In this document: in pieces, positions 1 to 12,600 of the stretch
Layout of the letters: each line of letters begins with the position of its first letter
Position numbering within the stretch: position 1 is the first letter of the stretch
Origin: Fistulifera solaris
Taxonomy: Eukaryota
NCBI GenBank assembly: GCA_030295235.1
Contig: AP026164.1
Location: 1,922,001 to 1,986,000 of the forward strand
DNA: 64,000 bases
Direction: 5' to 3'
Translations under genes and position numbers: made by a program
The notes under the pieces: model-generated
What the model was told of the DNA's origin: nothing
Databases searched by the model: none
Seen by the model: the letters and a program-made list of their open reading frames with translations, nothing else

Positions 1-999
1 TGAGAGGATTACCGACAGGACAAGTATTGTCAATGCGTGTAAACTGATCAAAGTCCAATCCGGCTTTGGCAGCCGCCTCCCGAACAGCTGGAACGGCAGC
101 AGAAGGTAATATAGGTTCTTTGGCGTAGACAAAGGCACCTTCGTAGTTCCCCTTGTAATGTATGACCTTTGTAAGCGACTAACTTGAAAGGAGGCACTTC
201 TTTGCTTCCATCCGACTCTCCCAGAATATACCAGTTTTCACTAAAAGAAAGACCGTACATTTTCCCTTCCGTGTGCATGGTAGGTGCGTCTTTCGACTTT
301 GTATCCTCAAGAACCATATGCTCGGTCAACGAGTTTTCCCAGAAACCTCCTTCCGGCCGTCGGACGCGGAAGAAAATTCCCATATCTACTTCCTTGTCAT
401 TGACTCTCTCGAACGTGTTGGTTTGGCAATCAAACAAATCATAATTCGGGTTCAGCCCATCCGTTTTGTACCACGATCCCACCAGTGACCTAGGATCGAA
501 CGCTTCCACTTTGTAAGGAAATCCCACCGTTTCTGCCGAGTTGTCGACATTTTTCGGCACTTTGACACACTCGTTTTCTTCGATCGTACACGACAGCCAG
601 TCGTTCAGTGCCTCGGAACCGAATTCGGCAAAACATTGTGTGGCACAGGCCTGTTCTCCCCTTACAGCGTCCCAGGCACGTGACACCTTTGATCCCTCGG
701 GGATTTTGAAAGAGAGCCTTCGTCTGATCGCCACATTTTTGGACGAAACAAGACACATCGGATTTATCCATTTGATTTTCCTTGGCGTACTCGGCAAAGC
801 CGTCATAGGCAATAGATGGTGAAGATGTGACGAGAGCAAAGGCCAGTGCGACGGAAGCAGCCGTTTGTTGCCAACTATTTTTGTGTGCTTCGAGTTGTGT
901 GCCGATGTGTCGCGTGGGTTTTGGGTTGTTCCGAGGAGCGAACGACTCCACGCAGTAATGGTGTAGGGCGATTAGACCAAACACAAGTAGCGACTTCAT
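1..999 (-). CDS. VDL: Violaxanthin de-epoxidase-like protein (plastid/lumen-targeted, lipocalin-type); 3' end runs off the window
   Basis: ATG at 999 gives MKSLLVFGLIALHHYCVES|FAP (signal peptide plus FAP), then a hydrophobic lumen signal. Cys-rich region CFVQKCG...CLGRCKGEQACATQCFAEFG...SCTIEENECV, then lipocalin-like GSWY...GLNPNYDLFDCQ and YKGHTLQGNYEGAFVY...FTRIDNTC. ORFs 490-1014 and 48-839 join through indels near 660 and 148. VDL1 versus VDL2 not resolved. Confidence 0.85.
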
Positions 1000-1474
1000 T
1001 CTGGATAGGAACAATGGGAGTATGAAGACTGAATGGTGGTGCTTTTGTAATGGTTTCAGTTATTGATGTTGCCGAGCACTTTGACGGGGCTATACTGGTA
1101 GACTCGTTGAAGATCGGTGCTAGGTGGAAGGATGATGGTTTGTTGCGCATGTTTCCATTCGCGTTACATTCGTGACCCAATCTCTCGCAATGGTACAGCA
1201 TACTTGAACAATGTGTACTGGTACTATAGGATGGATTGCAACTAACTTTTTGTTGCGTTGGTACGGTCGTGCGTCGTGCGTCATTCAAGTTGACGAAGGT
1301 CGGACGCCCAAACGTCACCGTGAAACGACGTTGCAAACAAATTGGACATCGACATCAACGACATCGGCGCTACCAGGGTAAAGATCCACAACGACACTTG
1401 CATCAATAACCATTCTTTTCACTATTCTGAAAGTTTGCGACTCAACCATCAGCTTACTTGTTTGCTAGATTCCG

Positions 1475-2348
1475 ATGAGAGCCTCGTCCGCACTTCTCGT
1501 GGCACTGGCAGGGACTCCGTTGGGCGCTGCCTTTGCGCCCCCGTCACCTCCACAACATCGTCTCGTTCCACATCGTCTCACTGCATGAGTCTGCGTCCCG
1601 TTTACGATGAACTATGTCAAAAAGTAGGGGCACAATTTGATCTCAAATACACTGATTTTACGAATGTTATTGGAGGACAGTCGTGGCAGTGCCCGACAGC
1701 TTCCGGAACAGCGGAATGGCTGGATGAATCGAGTCCTCGATTTTTGACGGGAGTCTCCTTTTGACACGCGAAAACGACCCCGCCGTGGGATTAGTGGAAG
1801 AATTGACGATCAATGTCTGGATGGGTCCCAGTTACGATACGCCCCACATGCTATTGACATTCGGAGAAGCCGGAGACGGGCAATATTACGTCACAGCGGA
1901 TTACGTTCCCCGCGGACCCAATGTCTTGGGCAGCGATCCGCAGTATTTGGACATGTACTACGGACCTGACGTTCAGCGGGCGTGGTCGGATGCCTACCCT
2001 CCTCCGGGACAAGCGAGTGATTCATTTCCGCTGCGACCGGCGTACGAGTTCGAGGCGCGTTTGCTGGATTCTCCGTGCCGTATTTCGGTCGTAGGAATGG
2101 ATGCTTCGAAAGCTTCAGCACTCGCAACTCAACATGTAGAGCGATTCCTGGCCTGGGTGGACCAGGCAGAACCTATACCAGCGCGATCTCGTGGTGCCTT
2201 CAATATGCGAGATGATAAATTGCGTCAGTACTTTTTCCGCGCCCAATTTCAACTGCAAGCACGATTGTTGGGTGAAGAAGTGGGATCTGTCGTTGCGGCT
2301 GCCAACACTGGACCTACAGCGGAAGCCTATGTAGGCGGGGGGAGCTAA
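1475..2348 (+). CDS. Plastid-targeted red chlorophyll catabolite reductase-like protein (ferredoxin-dependent bilin reductase fold)
   Basis: ATG at 1475 gives MRASSALLVALAGTPLGAA|FAP. Two homopolymer frameshifts (~1540, ~1760) join it to ORFs 1342-1764 and 1761-2348. Motifs INVWMGPSYDTPHMLLTF, DYVPR...DPQYLDMYY and RDDKLR...RLLGEEVG resemble the RCCR pattern. Confidence 0.6.
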
Positions 2349-2956
2349 AATATGTGAATCAGCTAAGGGTTAAGGAACAAACTCCAGCAATTGTAATTAC
2401 TGATTGATGGTGACTCTCTACGCACGCGCTTACTTTATTGTAGCTATTTTTCAGCACAGATCACTATTTTCTGCAGTGTTGCATTTGTCTAGAGGTGGAG
2501 TCGATTTTTTGCGTTCCAAAAACTGGCTCTCTAGCTCTAGGGATGTGAGCTATAGAACTCCGGAGTACCAGGTACCAGGTACTGTGGTGCCTTTGCTTTG
2601 ATTTTGTCTCACTGAGACAAGTAGGACTATCGGAATATACTGTCGAATTTTGAAGCCGTTGGTGGATCGAATTCTATTTCTGTACTTAATAGATCATTGT
2701 AAAGGTTACGCCGATCCCCGCTGAATCGTGTTTACTGTAGAGTAAATTTGAAATGTGGAACTACAAATAAGGTAGTTTGGCCGTTGAACACGCCAACCAC
2801 GCCGCGGATGTTTCCTCCAACTTGGGCGGCAGCAAACAACAAAATCACAAGCCACAAGCAAAAAGCTGTTGATGTCGCCTGTTACAAGTACCTCCGATAC
2901 CATGGTCATTACCTAATATTGAATAAATCCTACTTTAAATTGAACGTCTCAACAAT

Positions 2957-5900
2957 ATGGAAAACGATCAATCGGGGGATCGAGGGGACAAGTTACGGCA
3001 ACAACTGCAACATTTCGATGACCTGCTGGAAGAACAACAGAGTGCTTTGCGTGATTTGTTGGCTTCGCCACTTGGCACCAAAGATGAAGATGACGATTTA
3101 GCGGACGAGCTGGAAGATCTGGCGCGATCGGAAGAACTGTTACGTCAAGAATTGACCAAGCTGCCGAATAAGGCCGACGCTGTCGCGCCGACCACTTCAC
3201 AACCAACCCAAAGCAATCGACCACTTCGTGACAAGCAAACTTATGTAACAATACCGAGGGAAACAAACGGTTCGAATCATAAAGAACAAGGAATCATCTT
3301 TTACCGAGACAACTGGGACGACGAGTTATTCAGGGAACTTGGGGAAAATGATCATCTTGTTGATGACTACGAGAATGATGAGGAAATGACATGGAACCCT
3401 GGTGATTTTGTTTCTGAGCCTCTTAAAGGAAGTCCCAACAAGAGTTTAGCGGAGCTAGATATAATGCTGTCGTGTGATCAACCCGCTTTGTCTACTGCGG
3501 ACGAGGAGCATGGCCGAATCGAAAAGAGACAGGATAGGAGACAAATAGCTAGTGATGTCGAAGAGGCCGCGATAATTCCTCTCTCGGCTACAATCTACCA
3601 GTCAATCACGGGTCCGACAGTGACACCTCAAAAAGAACAACAGAAACTAACCAGGAGCAATGAACTGCCATTTACGAAATCTTTTATCGCAAAGACGCCA
3701 TCACCCTCGAAAGAATCTTCCATGTCTATCACTCCTCAGTCCACTGATGCACCGACTCCTACGAGAGCGCCTTCTTCACTCAAAAATAAAGATGCAAAGC
3801 CTTGGTTTGGCAAACCCGCTTCCAAGAAAGGTCATTTTCCCTCACCAGCTCCTATGACTGGAAAGAGGCCCTGGTTCTCGAGAACACCGCCGCCTGTGGC
3901 TGCAAAGTCAAGAGAGCGTGCCGCGTTGTCGTCCACCGAAACTCCATCATCCAATGCGAGCTCGAGAGTTCGTCCTCCAAAAGAACCAGCTCATTCTGTT
4001 GAAAGAATATCAACAAACGCAGAATCGCCATCTACTCCAACGCTTGTCAGCATCCTGCAAGAGACTATGGCATTTAACCCCTTGGAAGAGCACCATGAGC
4101 AGGTGCTTGGGTCCTTAATGCTTAGTCCAGAAAATATCGTGTTTGAGTCGTCCTCGGATGACGATACATACGACGAATCAATAGAACATGCCAGAAAAAA
4201 CTTAGACTATGCTCTTGAGAGCAAACTTGCTGTTAAGGGGGCTTCGAGCCTCGCTGCTGGGTCTTTTCCAAATGGATCAGAAGTATCTCCTTCCTTGGCT
4301 GGACATCCTGGTCATGTTCGAAGGCCAAGTTTGGGGGATCGAGAACCACCCCAACGCTGGTCCCCGGCAAGCTCATCGGGCGGATCGAAAGGTGCGAGTC
4401 CAGAGGGACTGTTATCGACTAACCCTGAAATTGATTATGTTCGTGCTACATCCGAGGACTTGTATCCAGAGTTTCATTTTTATGCTTTTTAGATCAGAAG
4501 GCACTCCAAGGGCTCCTTCCTCTGGCGTAGAGCAAACACAGCTGGAGAACGCGTCAAATTTGTCTCCGGATCGTTCCCTTGATACTTCATCGGATAGTGT
4601 TTCCTACGATTCTGCTATGGAAACCCAAACTACGACTGCGTCAATTGGGGCTTTGTCCGGTAACGACGCACTTTCTAGTAATGAGGCCCGCTCTTCACAA
4701 GGAGAGCCCTTCACTAAAGGCTCTTCCACTGCGTCCCAATCATTTGTTACGGCCATGGACGATATTCCATTATCCGGCAATGTATCCGTGAAAACGATAT
4801 CTTCTGGTGACGCGTCCCACATTACTTACGCAACTGCACGAGAACAAGAGGAAGAAAATTCCTCGCTCGTTACAGGTCGGATTACTTCTGGGGACAGTCT
4901 ACATGATGGTCTGAGCAATATGGAAGCTGGAAGTGCAACGGTAGGGACAGTGGCGGCTACGGCTAAGGATTTAACGACCTTCCGGAACAGCGACAGCGAC
5001 TCAGAGACCTCGCAGTCTCGGACTTCTGGTGAACGAACCTCCTCTTGCTTGCAAGCAATTAAACAGGGCCTAGCGAGACCTCTCTCAATTCTTTTCCTGC
5101 TTGTGATCATAATGACTGTTGTTGGAATTTCGATACGCTTGATTATCGAGTCGTCGAGGAATGACAACGCATCTATAGTAGTACCAGAGGAAAACTTTCC
5201 TATGCCCTCGCTGGGTCCAAGTGCAGACCAACTATCACCTGCGCCACTCTTTCCAACATCCAAACCAACAATTACGCCAATTATCCCCTCTCGTGCTCCA
5301 AGTATGACACCGTCTGAACCTGTACCTTCTTTAGGTCCTACGTCAATACCAACACAAGCGAAAACTCTAAGCAACGCGCCGACGACGACCCCAACTGCTC
5401 AGCTTCATGTTCCTTCGACGAAACGACCAACATCAGCATCTCCCTTGGGAGAAACACTTCTTCCTACTCGCTCAACGACATCTGCGGCTCCTTCGGACGT
5501 TCGATCGGACTTGTTGAAATTGCTCAGTTCTGTGTCATTTGACGCTGGTGTTGCACTGCGGAATGTAAGCACTCCACAGTATGCTGCCTATACGTGGCTA
5601 TCACAGGACGAATCATTGCCTGATTACTCTGATGATCGACTGATTCAGCGATACGCCTTGGCCGCAATTTATTTTAGCACCGATGGTGATGGTTGGTCAC
5701 AGAAAACAGGCTGGTTAGGTGATGGTTATGAGTGCAAATGGTACATGCGGTCTAGCATCGGTTCTTGTGATTTATTGGGCCGTATTGTGTCACTAAATTT
5801 AGGTTTTAACGACATCGAGGGTACTATTCCTCCTGAGATAGGGCTGCTGGGACATTTGGAACAATTGGATTTGGGTGGTGGTCCGGGTCGGCAACTATCT

Positions 5901-6785
5901 GGCTCTTTACCAAAAGAAATTGGGCAACTGAACATGCTAAAGAGACTTTTTCTAAGCGGCAATCGTTTGACAGGAACGATCCCAACAGAAATAGGCTTAC
6001 TTTTGAATGTTCAAGAGGTTCGCATAAATGGAAACTCTCTTCGGGGTATTGTACCGACAGAAATCAGCAACTTGCGCAACGCCAGAATAATTGATTTGAG
6101 CGATAACAAGTTGACGGGCAGTATTGCATCGAGTGTTGGAAATTTGACTGGTTTACAGTCGCTTTTTCTAGATAACAATACTTTCGTAGGAGAACTCCCA
6201 AGCGATATAGGTAACTTGGTTGGCCTTCAAACGCTGAGTTTAGCTGGAAACCTAATCACTGGAATACCGAAACAGATTGGCTCTCTGGTTAACTTGACAA
6301 CGTTTCATTTGGACCGCAATGAATTATCGGCAGGCTTGCCGTCGACTCTGCAGCAGCTTACGAATCTTCGGTACCTTTCACTATCGCAAAACAAGTTCAA
6401 CTCTACCATCCCTTCCACATTGGGGTCCTTGATAAATCTCAACGAGTTGGACCTGGCTTCAAACCGGTTCACTGGAACCATACCAGGTGAAATTGGCGAA
6501 ATCAATAGTCGCTTGCGCGTGCTGAAGTTAAATGGCAACAAGCTGACCGGTTCTATCCCCGAGCGATTCAGCCATCTCGATCGGATCAATACGCTCGCAC
6601 TCCATGACAACTTGCTGATTGGTGCGGTACCGTACACAGTTTGCCGTGTGTTTGAATGGATCATCCCTTCCTTCAGTGTCGATTGTAACGAAGTGGACTG
6701 TCCCTGCTGTAATTTTTGCTGCGATGAACAAAATGGATGCATATGTCAGTACAAAGATACGGAAGAAGAATGGCGATGTTACTAA
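2957..6785 (+). CDS. Single-pass LRR receptor-like membrane protein (diatom type)
   Basis: Long disordered N-terminus, TM helix LSILFLLVIIMTVVGISIRLII, PT-rich stalk, PQYAAYTWL...IQRYALAAIYFST...W cap, about 12 plant-type LRRs (LxLxxNxLTGxIPxEIG) and C-terminal VDCxxVDCPCCxxC. ORFs 2957-4492 and 4209-6785 join in phase via a putative intron 4392-4497. Confidence 0.85.
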
Positions 6786-7333
6786 ACATTCATATAGACA
6801 GCGAGGGCTAGCATGTGAGCGCCGCCTTTCCGTTTTCGTTAAAACATCGTCTGTTGGCACCAGAGAAGTGCCAGTAATGCTTGGACCTTTCGAACACATA
6901 TCAGCTGCTTTTTTACATCAGACATCCTAGATTCGGCCGCGGTCTCTGGTGAAAGATGTCGACACGTGGCAAATAAGGAAGTTAGCAGTCAGCATTTTAC
7001 AAGACGAGTTAAAGGCATCGAACTATCACCAGTTTGGTCGTAGAACAGCGCTGTCGTAATCTTCCCAGTAAATAATCTGATTGATTATGAACGTATTTTG
7101 ATGGTTCTTATTATTTCGAACTGCTTGCTTTCGTGCCCGAACGATAGACAATGGCAATGTTCCGAATGCCGAATCATCAGCAACCTAGCTAGGGCGTGCT
7201 ATGGAAATATCTTACCGGCACTCCTCACAATCTCAATTGATACCGTTTTGATCCAGATCTCGTTTTGCGCAATTGAAAACAAAGTTAGTGGTTAGTGTTT
7301 TGCTTTCTTTCTCTTTCCAAATTACTCCGTATC

Positions 7334-7888
7334 ATGGATAGCTTTCTTTTATCTTTGACTGCATTGTACGGAGTAGTTGGTTTTCTTGCTTTTTCTTTCA
7401 TGCGATTTGGTCGACTTCCAGTGATCCTTCAGGCTGCGTTTGCTAGCAATATGACTTTCCAGAATTCGGATGCCACAATCCGGAAAATTCTCACAGAAAC
7501 GCGAACGATTGCTTTGGTGGGGGCGTCGCCGAAACCAGAGCGCCCCAGCCACGAAGTCATGGGCATCCTGTTACACGCCGGCTACAAAGTGATTCCGGTC
7601 AATCCTGGTCAAGTAGGAAAGGAAATTTTGGGAGAGAAAGTATTTGCGACGTTGAAGGATATTCCGGAAAAGGTTGACATGGTGGATATTTTTCGTCGCA
7701 GCGAAGATGCCGGTGCGATCGTCGACGAGGCGATCGCAATCGGGGCAAAGAGTGTCTGGTTGCAGATAGGAGTGATTGACGAAGAGGCTGCAGCTCGTGC
7801 CGAGTCGGCTGGATTGCTTGTGGCCATGAACAAATGCCCGGCTATTGAATTGCCTCGGCTAGGGCTCTCTAATATTCGTCATGCATGA
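7334..7888 (+). CDS. CoA-binding domain protein (YccU-like) with N-terminal hydrophobic leader
   Basis: [45 protein letters not shown] and [10 protein letters not shown] motifs. First ATG at 7334. Confidence 0.9.
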   Translation: MDSFLLSLTALYGVVGFLAFSFMRFGRLPVILQAAFASNMTFQNSDATIRKILTETRTIALVGASPKPERPSHEVMGILLHAGYKVIPVNPGQVGKEILGEKVFATLKDIPEKVDMVDIFRRSEDAGAIVDEAIAIGAKSVWLQIGVIDEEAAARAESAGLLVAMNKCPAIELPRLGLSNIRHA

Positions 7889-8036
7889 ACAAGGACTCAC
7901 AGGAACGCAGAACATTAACGCACAGCTATTACAGTCGATGCTTGATGCCGGTATGTTGGCTATCTATAAATTATTGCTTATTTTCACTCTTTTTGCACCA
8001 ACGATACGCCAGAGGCGTCAAACTTGTATCAAACGT

Positions 8037-10373
8037 TCATTTATTTTTTTCTTTTCCAGCAGTCATGGAACCGCCTTGCAAAAGTGGTCCCATGGTCTGC
8101 TTCAGAAGATTGCTGTCAAGCTGCCAGCATGTTGTTGTGGAGAGAGAAACAATGGTATTCATGTATTTTCCCTTTCCAGAAAAGATCTCGTCACCAAAGT
8201 GGCTGCCGGCCTTGAGATTGCTTCGCCTTGTCTCGCCGTTCGACGACATGTGCACCGAGTAGCAAGTACCGCTCTGGATTACGAACATGCTGTCTCCTGG
8301 TTTTCCTTGCTCGCAAATATTTTCACCGCGACCAAAGGTGATTTCATCCATGATTGCGGCAAGCTTGTTGATGCCGTCCGAATCCAAATACTGGAAGTAT
8401 GGAATTTCACCGAGAACTTTCTTCAGCTCCTTGCGATGATCTTGTGCTTGCATTAAGACTTGACGAAAGGCGGCACGATGCAGTGCCCACAAGTGGCCGT
8501 CCGTTTGGGCCACAATCGAAGCGGAACGAGGCGCTGAGTACATGAGAGCCAGTTCTCCGAAAGCAGGATGTGCGTGCCTTTCACGGGATCCTTCATAGAC
8601 GTGCACGATGTGACCTCCCTCACCCGTGGCATCTTCCTCTCCATCCGGTACAATGCGCACCTCAAAGCGACCTTCATCAATTATGTAAAAACGGTCTCCT
8701 GTGGTACCTTGTCGGATAACCCAAGACCCTGCCTTGACTTTGACGGATTCCATGCAGGCAAAAATCATTTCACGTTGTTCGTCATTAATATTTCGGAACA
8801 TGATAGAGGCTTTAATAGCATCAGCAATGCGAGCTTTTTTCTTCAGCTGTCTTTTCGGTTGCGTGTTTTTCCAGTCAAAATCAGCATCTTCGGCGTCTTC
8901 TTTTCCACGCATCGATTTGCCCATCTCTCGGAGTTTTTGAATTTCTTTGGACTTCTCCTTTGAGACATTCTTGCGGACGGGGCGTAAGCCTTCTGTTGTC
9001 ATGACCATATTTTCGACCGTATCTTCTAGCTCACCCACTTCAGATTCTGACGGCTCGTCTCTCGCACTAGAACGCAAGTCTGTAGACACTCCGTCAATAA
9101 AGATACAAATCATGGTGATATCATCCGTTCGTGATTCATATTGCAACCACAACTCATAGGCTTCAGCTACAACCGCACGGCATGCCTCCAACGGATCTTG
9201 AAACTTCGCGCAGATATCAACAACACTCTGATTGGTCAAGAACTCAAAGACACCATCACTCGCTAGAACAATAATCTTGTCATCTGGCGTGATTTCGCGC
9301 GTGAGCATCTCTGGTTCAGCAAAAACGCCTAGTTCCTCGGCCATCGCATCTCCCAAAGAACGTGTGAAAGCAGTTCCCGGATAGTCTCCCGTGGGGTGCC
9401 ACACACGCGGGGGGTCGCCACCTTCATCCAACTCTTCACCGAGCTCGAAATCTTCGTTCTCCGATGCATCCACAATTGGTTCAAGTCCTTCCAACTGGTC
9501 TAAGGACAAGATTCTCGCACCAGTCGCTCGGATACGTGCACGCTCGTCCTTTCGATATGGTGTTTGATCTCGACTGAGGGGAAGTGCCTTGAGGGCAGGA
9601 CGACCATTCTTACCCTTCGATTCTTGTCCGAGCACAGCACGGCTGTCGCCGACGTTGGATATGGTAATGCGATTGCGTCGACCATGCATGTACAGGGACA
9701 CAGCCGTCGTCCCTGATAGAGAATCGTCAATGGTAGGGTTACGATGTAGACCTTTGTTGGTCTCTACGTGGGCACGAAGAAGAGATGTCTGTACGGCTTC
9801 TTTCGTTAACTCTTGAGTACCTGCATGTTTGCGGGCTTTTTCTAGATGTGCCGACACTTGTTTGTATAGATTCTTCTTGGTGTAGATGGCACAACCGTCA
9901 CCTGTAGCACCATGGCCATCAAACACTCCAAAGAACGCATCTTGCTTTCCGGGTGTCAAAGACTCCTCTACACAGTAAGCATCTTGATTCGCTTTCATTG
10001 GATCATCTGGATAGTGGCCACGCTGACTGAGGTAGGCGTAACGCATTCGAACACCATTCAGTTCCACCTTACGAGATTCCTTTATGGCATCGATTCGATC
10101 ACGAGCTCGGTTGACTGGTGTCGCAGTAGAAGGAAGTTTCGATTTTGGTTCTTCTGGTTTCGCGGGGGAAGGTGGAGGCTGCAGTTTCGGCGGCGGCTGA
10201 GCTTGTTTCGGTTGAGTAGGTTTTGATTTGCTATGATTATCGTATTCTTGTGACAACTGGTTAACATTCGCCTTTCCAACCGCTGAAAGAGTGCTCATCC
10301 GCATTTTACCTTCATCGTGATCGAGGAGTCTCTGTGAGTCTCCGGTCGCGGCTTTGGAAGATCCACAACCCAT
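8037..10373 (-). CDS. Protein phosphatase 2C fused to two cyclic-nucleotide-binding domains, N-myristoylated
   Basis: MGCGSS start. PP2C motifs NQDAY, FGVFDGHG, SGTTA, NVGDSR, FTRSLGD, LASDGVFE and DDIT. cNMP domain with FGELALMYSAPRSASI, then a degenerate second domain. Confidence 0.92.
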   Translation of the reverse strand: MGCGSSKAATGDSQRLLDHDEGKMRMSTLSAVGKANVNQLSQEYDNHSKSKPTQPKQAQPPPKLQPPPSPAKPEEPKSKLPSTATPVNRARDRIDAIKESRKVELNGVRMRYAYLSQRGHYPDDPMKANQDAYCVEESLTPGKQDAFFGVFDGHGATGDGCAIYTKKNLYKQVSAHLEKARKHAGTQELTKEAVQTSLLRAHVETNKGLHRNPTIDDSLSGTTAVSLYMHGRRNRITISNVGDSRAVLGQESKGKNGRPALKALPLSRDQTPYRKDERARIRATGARILSLDQLEGLEPIVDASENEDFELGEELDEGGDPPRVWHPTGDYPGTAFTRSLGDAMAEELGVFAEPEMLTREITPDDKIIVLASDGVFEFLTNQSVVDICAKFQDPLEACRAVVAEAYELWLQYESRTDDITMICIFIDGVSTDLRSSARDEPSESEVGELEDTVENMVMTTEGLRPVRKNVSKEKSKEIQKLREMGKSMRGKEDAEDADFDWKNTQPKRQLKKKARIADAIKASIMFRNINDEQREMIFACMESVKVKAGSWVIRQGTTGDRFYIIDEGRFEVRIVPDGEEDATGEGGHIVHVYEGSRERHAHPAFGELALMYSAPRSASIVAQTDGHLWALHRAAFRQVLMQAQDHRKELKKVLGEIPYFQYLDSDGINKLAAIMDEITFGRGENICEQGKPGDSMFVIQSGTCYSVHMSSNGETRRSNLKAGSHFGDEIFSGKGKYMNTIVSLSTTTCWQLDSNLLKQTMGPLLQGGSMTAGKEKNK

Positions 10374-10775
10374 CGTCCGTTGTTATTCTAAAAGTAAAGC
10401 TTCAGACGTAGGCAGATTCTTATTTTCGTACCAATTGAAGCTCATTCAGCAATTGCAAAGCAATTATCCGAAAGACAAAACTCACTCGATAGAGAAGCCG
10501 AGGGTGCACCAAAGGTAACCTCGTCGTCTTCGCCTTGTCTTCGCTACCAGACCAGGGTACCAGTACCAGGGTATCTGCTACTAGTATCTGCTCTCGAACT
10601 GCATTCGCCCTTGCAGTCATAGTCATTTGGCATTTGGCATCAATGTCGAAACGAGTTCAAGTGCTTTCCGTGAGATAGTGGGCATGGTTTTCAGACATTT
10701 TCCACAATTTTGGGCCAGCTTTTTCGGCGACCAAAAGAACGAGCGATGAACAGACCAAATCTTCACGACCGACGA

Positions 10776-10959
10776 ACAGCGAATCCGGTCACGCTACGGT
10801 TGACGGATGTACGGCCGTTACGGATGAGCCGTCGTACCTCGCGTTAGCAGTCACAACATGCAACACATGGTGGTCATCTCCATGATTAGAAGGTGTAACG
10901 TAATTCATCTATTGCATGCCTATATTTCATTCTATTGCTGCCGTAATAGGATTAACTGT
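10776..10959 (+). repeat. 5' LTR (184 bp)
   Basis: Direct repeat of 16928-17113; differs by one 2-bp indel and one substitution. Imperfect terminal inverted repeat ACAGcgAATCC...GGATTaaCTGT. Confidence 0.96.
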
Positions 10960-10973
10960 GTTTATCAGACCCA
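10960..10973 (+). other. Putative primer-binding site
   Basis: GTTTATCAGACCCA lies directly after the 5' LTR, the expected PBS position. The priming tRNA is uncertain. Confidence 0.5.
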
Positions 10974-11195
10974 TACAGCTTTGATTCAGGTCGGAAGGAG
11001 TTCGATTTGAACAACAACAGCAGAAGACAAGTTGACGATTGCTGCTGCGGAGACATTTTCGTTTTTGCAAGCAATTTTACTCTACGTTCAATCTGTACTA
11101 CTACTCTTCGAGTCACAGTACATCACGAGCGGAAAACGCTCAATCTCTTGCAATTTCTCTTTGTCCTGTTTTAAAAGAAGAAGTGGTCTCTCATC

Positions 11196-12600
11196 ATGGC
11201 TTCATGGAACAACCTCTTGGAGACTCGATTGGGTATTAATGCCGCAACCAGGGCTGAACTTGCATGGAATAACATTGCGAACATGGCTGATTTGTTAGCA
11301 ATGGAGGAGGACACAATTCGCGCAAACAATTTCTTCAATTTTGAAGTATCCTCATCCAAACAGGCCAGCGAATGTGCGGGTGCACCCAACACCTAAGACT
11401 GTTGAAGACTTAAAGATTGTGAGAAAGTGGGGCGATTCTACAGACTCGGATGGGTGTTGAAAATCCGAATCCTGCACATCTCACAGTTGCAGAATTGAGC
11501 AACACTTTCGGCGTCGTGTGGCGGAATTGAAGGCATATGCAGCGTCCATGAAGGATCAAGATGTGCAGAAGCCGAAGTTGAAAAAAGATGTCTGAGTGGG
11601 TCAAGTTTTGGGAAGCTGTGCAAACTTACTTTGGTAGCATTCGAGGTGCAGCAGAAATTCCGTTGGACTATGTTTTCCGTGATAAGGAAGAGGTCACACC
11701 AGCAGAACTCAATGCAGCATACCCGACCTTTGATGCACGCTTTCACCATTGTACCGTACTTTCTGGGGATCATTATCAAGCTGATAACTTGGGAGTTTGG
11801 AATGAATTCAAGGCTTTGGTGCAAGATGGGCCCGGATGGACTTACATCAAGCAGTTTGATACCCAAAAGGATGGAAGAAGGGCTATCCTTACCTTAAAAG
11901 GACAGACTGACACTGCCAATGGAAGATTGAACCGTAAGACCAAAGCTTACAATGACATTGCGGACGCGAGTGTACGTAGGACCTCGACGTGACTATACCT
12001 TCGATCACTACATCACTGCGCACTTGCAGGCTCACAACGAACTTTCTTACTGTGGCGAACCTGTTCCTGAGTCGGAAAAAGGTGCAAGATTTCTTGAACG
12101 GGATCACGTGTGATGTCTTGTCTCAAGCAAAGCTGCATGTCTACGGGAACAACGAGCTGATGGAAGACTTCGATGCAACCCAGAAGTATTTTTCCACTGT
12201 GAACTCGAACAATCGCTTGTCTAGTTCTCAGAGTAAGAAGAAAGGTCGTCAGGTCGCAGGAATGCAGACCGCAGGTGGTGATGCAAAGACGTATTCAGCA
12301 GCTGAATGGAAGAAGCTGTCCGTTGAGGTCAAAGGCGGTAACTGGCAGCCGAAGCGCTTTCCACGCTTTGACGGAAAGTCAGAAGGCAGACGTGAAAACC
12401 GCACGGGCTGCAAAAGAAGAAAAACAAGAAGCAACAGAAGAACGCATAAAGCGGCCGCAGCTGCTAAAGCAGCAGCAGCTAAGGCCAATGATAGCAGTAG
12501 TGCCACTTCGGATGAAGAAGTTCCAATGAAAAATGCCAGAGAACAGTTTGGTCGTGCGGCACACAAGGCAAAGAAGAGCAAGGGTAACCCCAGTCTCTGA
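11196..12600 (+). CDS. gag: Retrotransposon Gag (frameshifted in this assembly)
   Basis: Fragments with IPLDYVFR, QKDGRRA, KKVQDFLNGI, YSAAEWKKLS and C-terminal NAREQFGR. Ends at TGA 12598-12600. Start position approximate. Confidence 0.8.
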
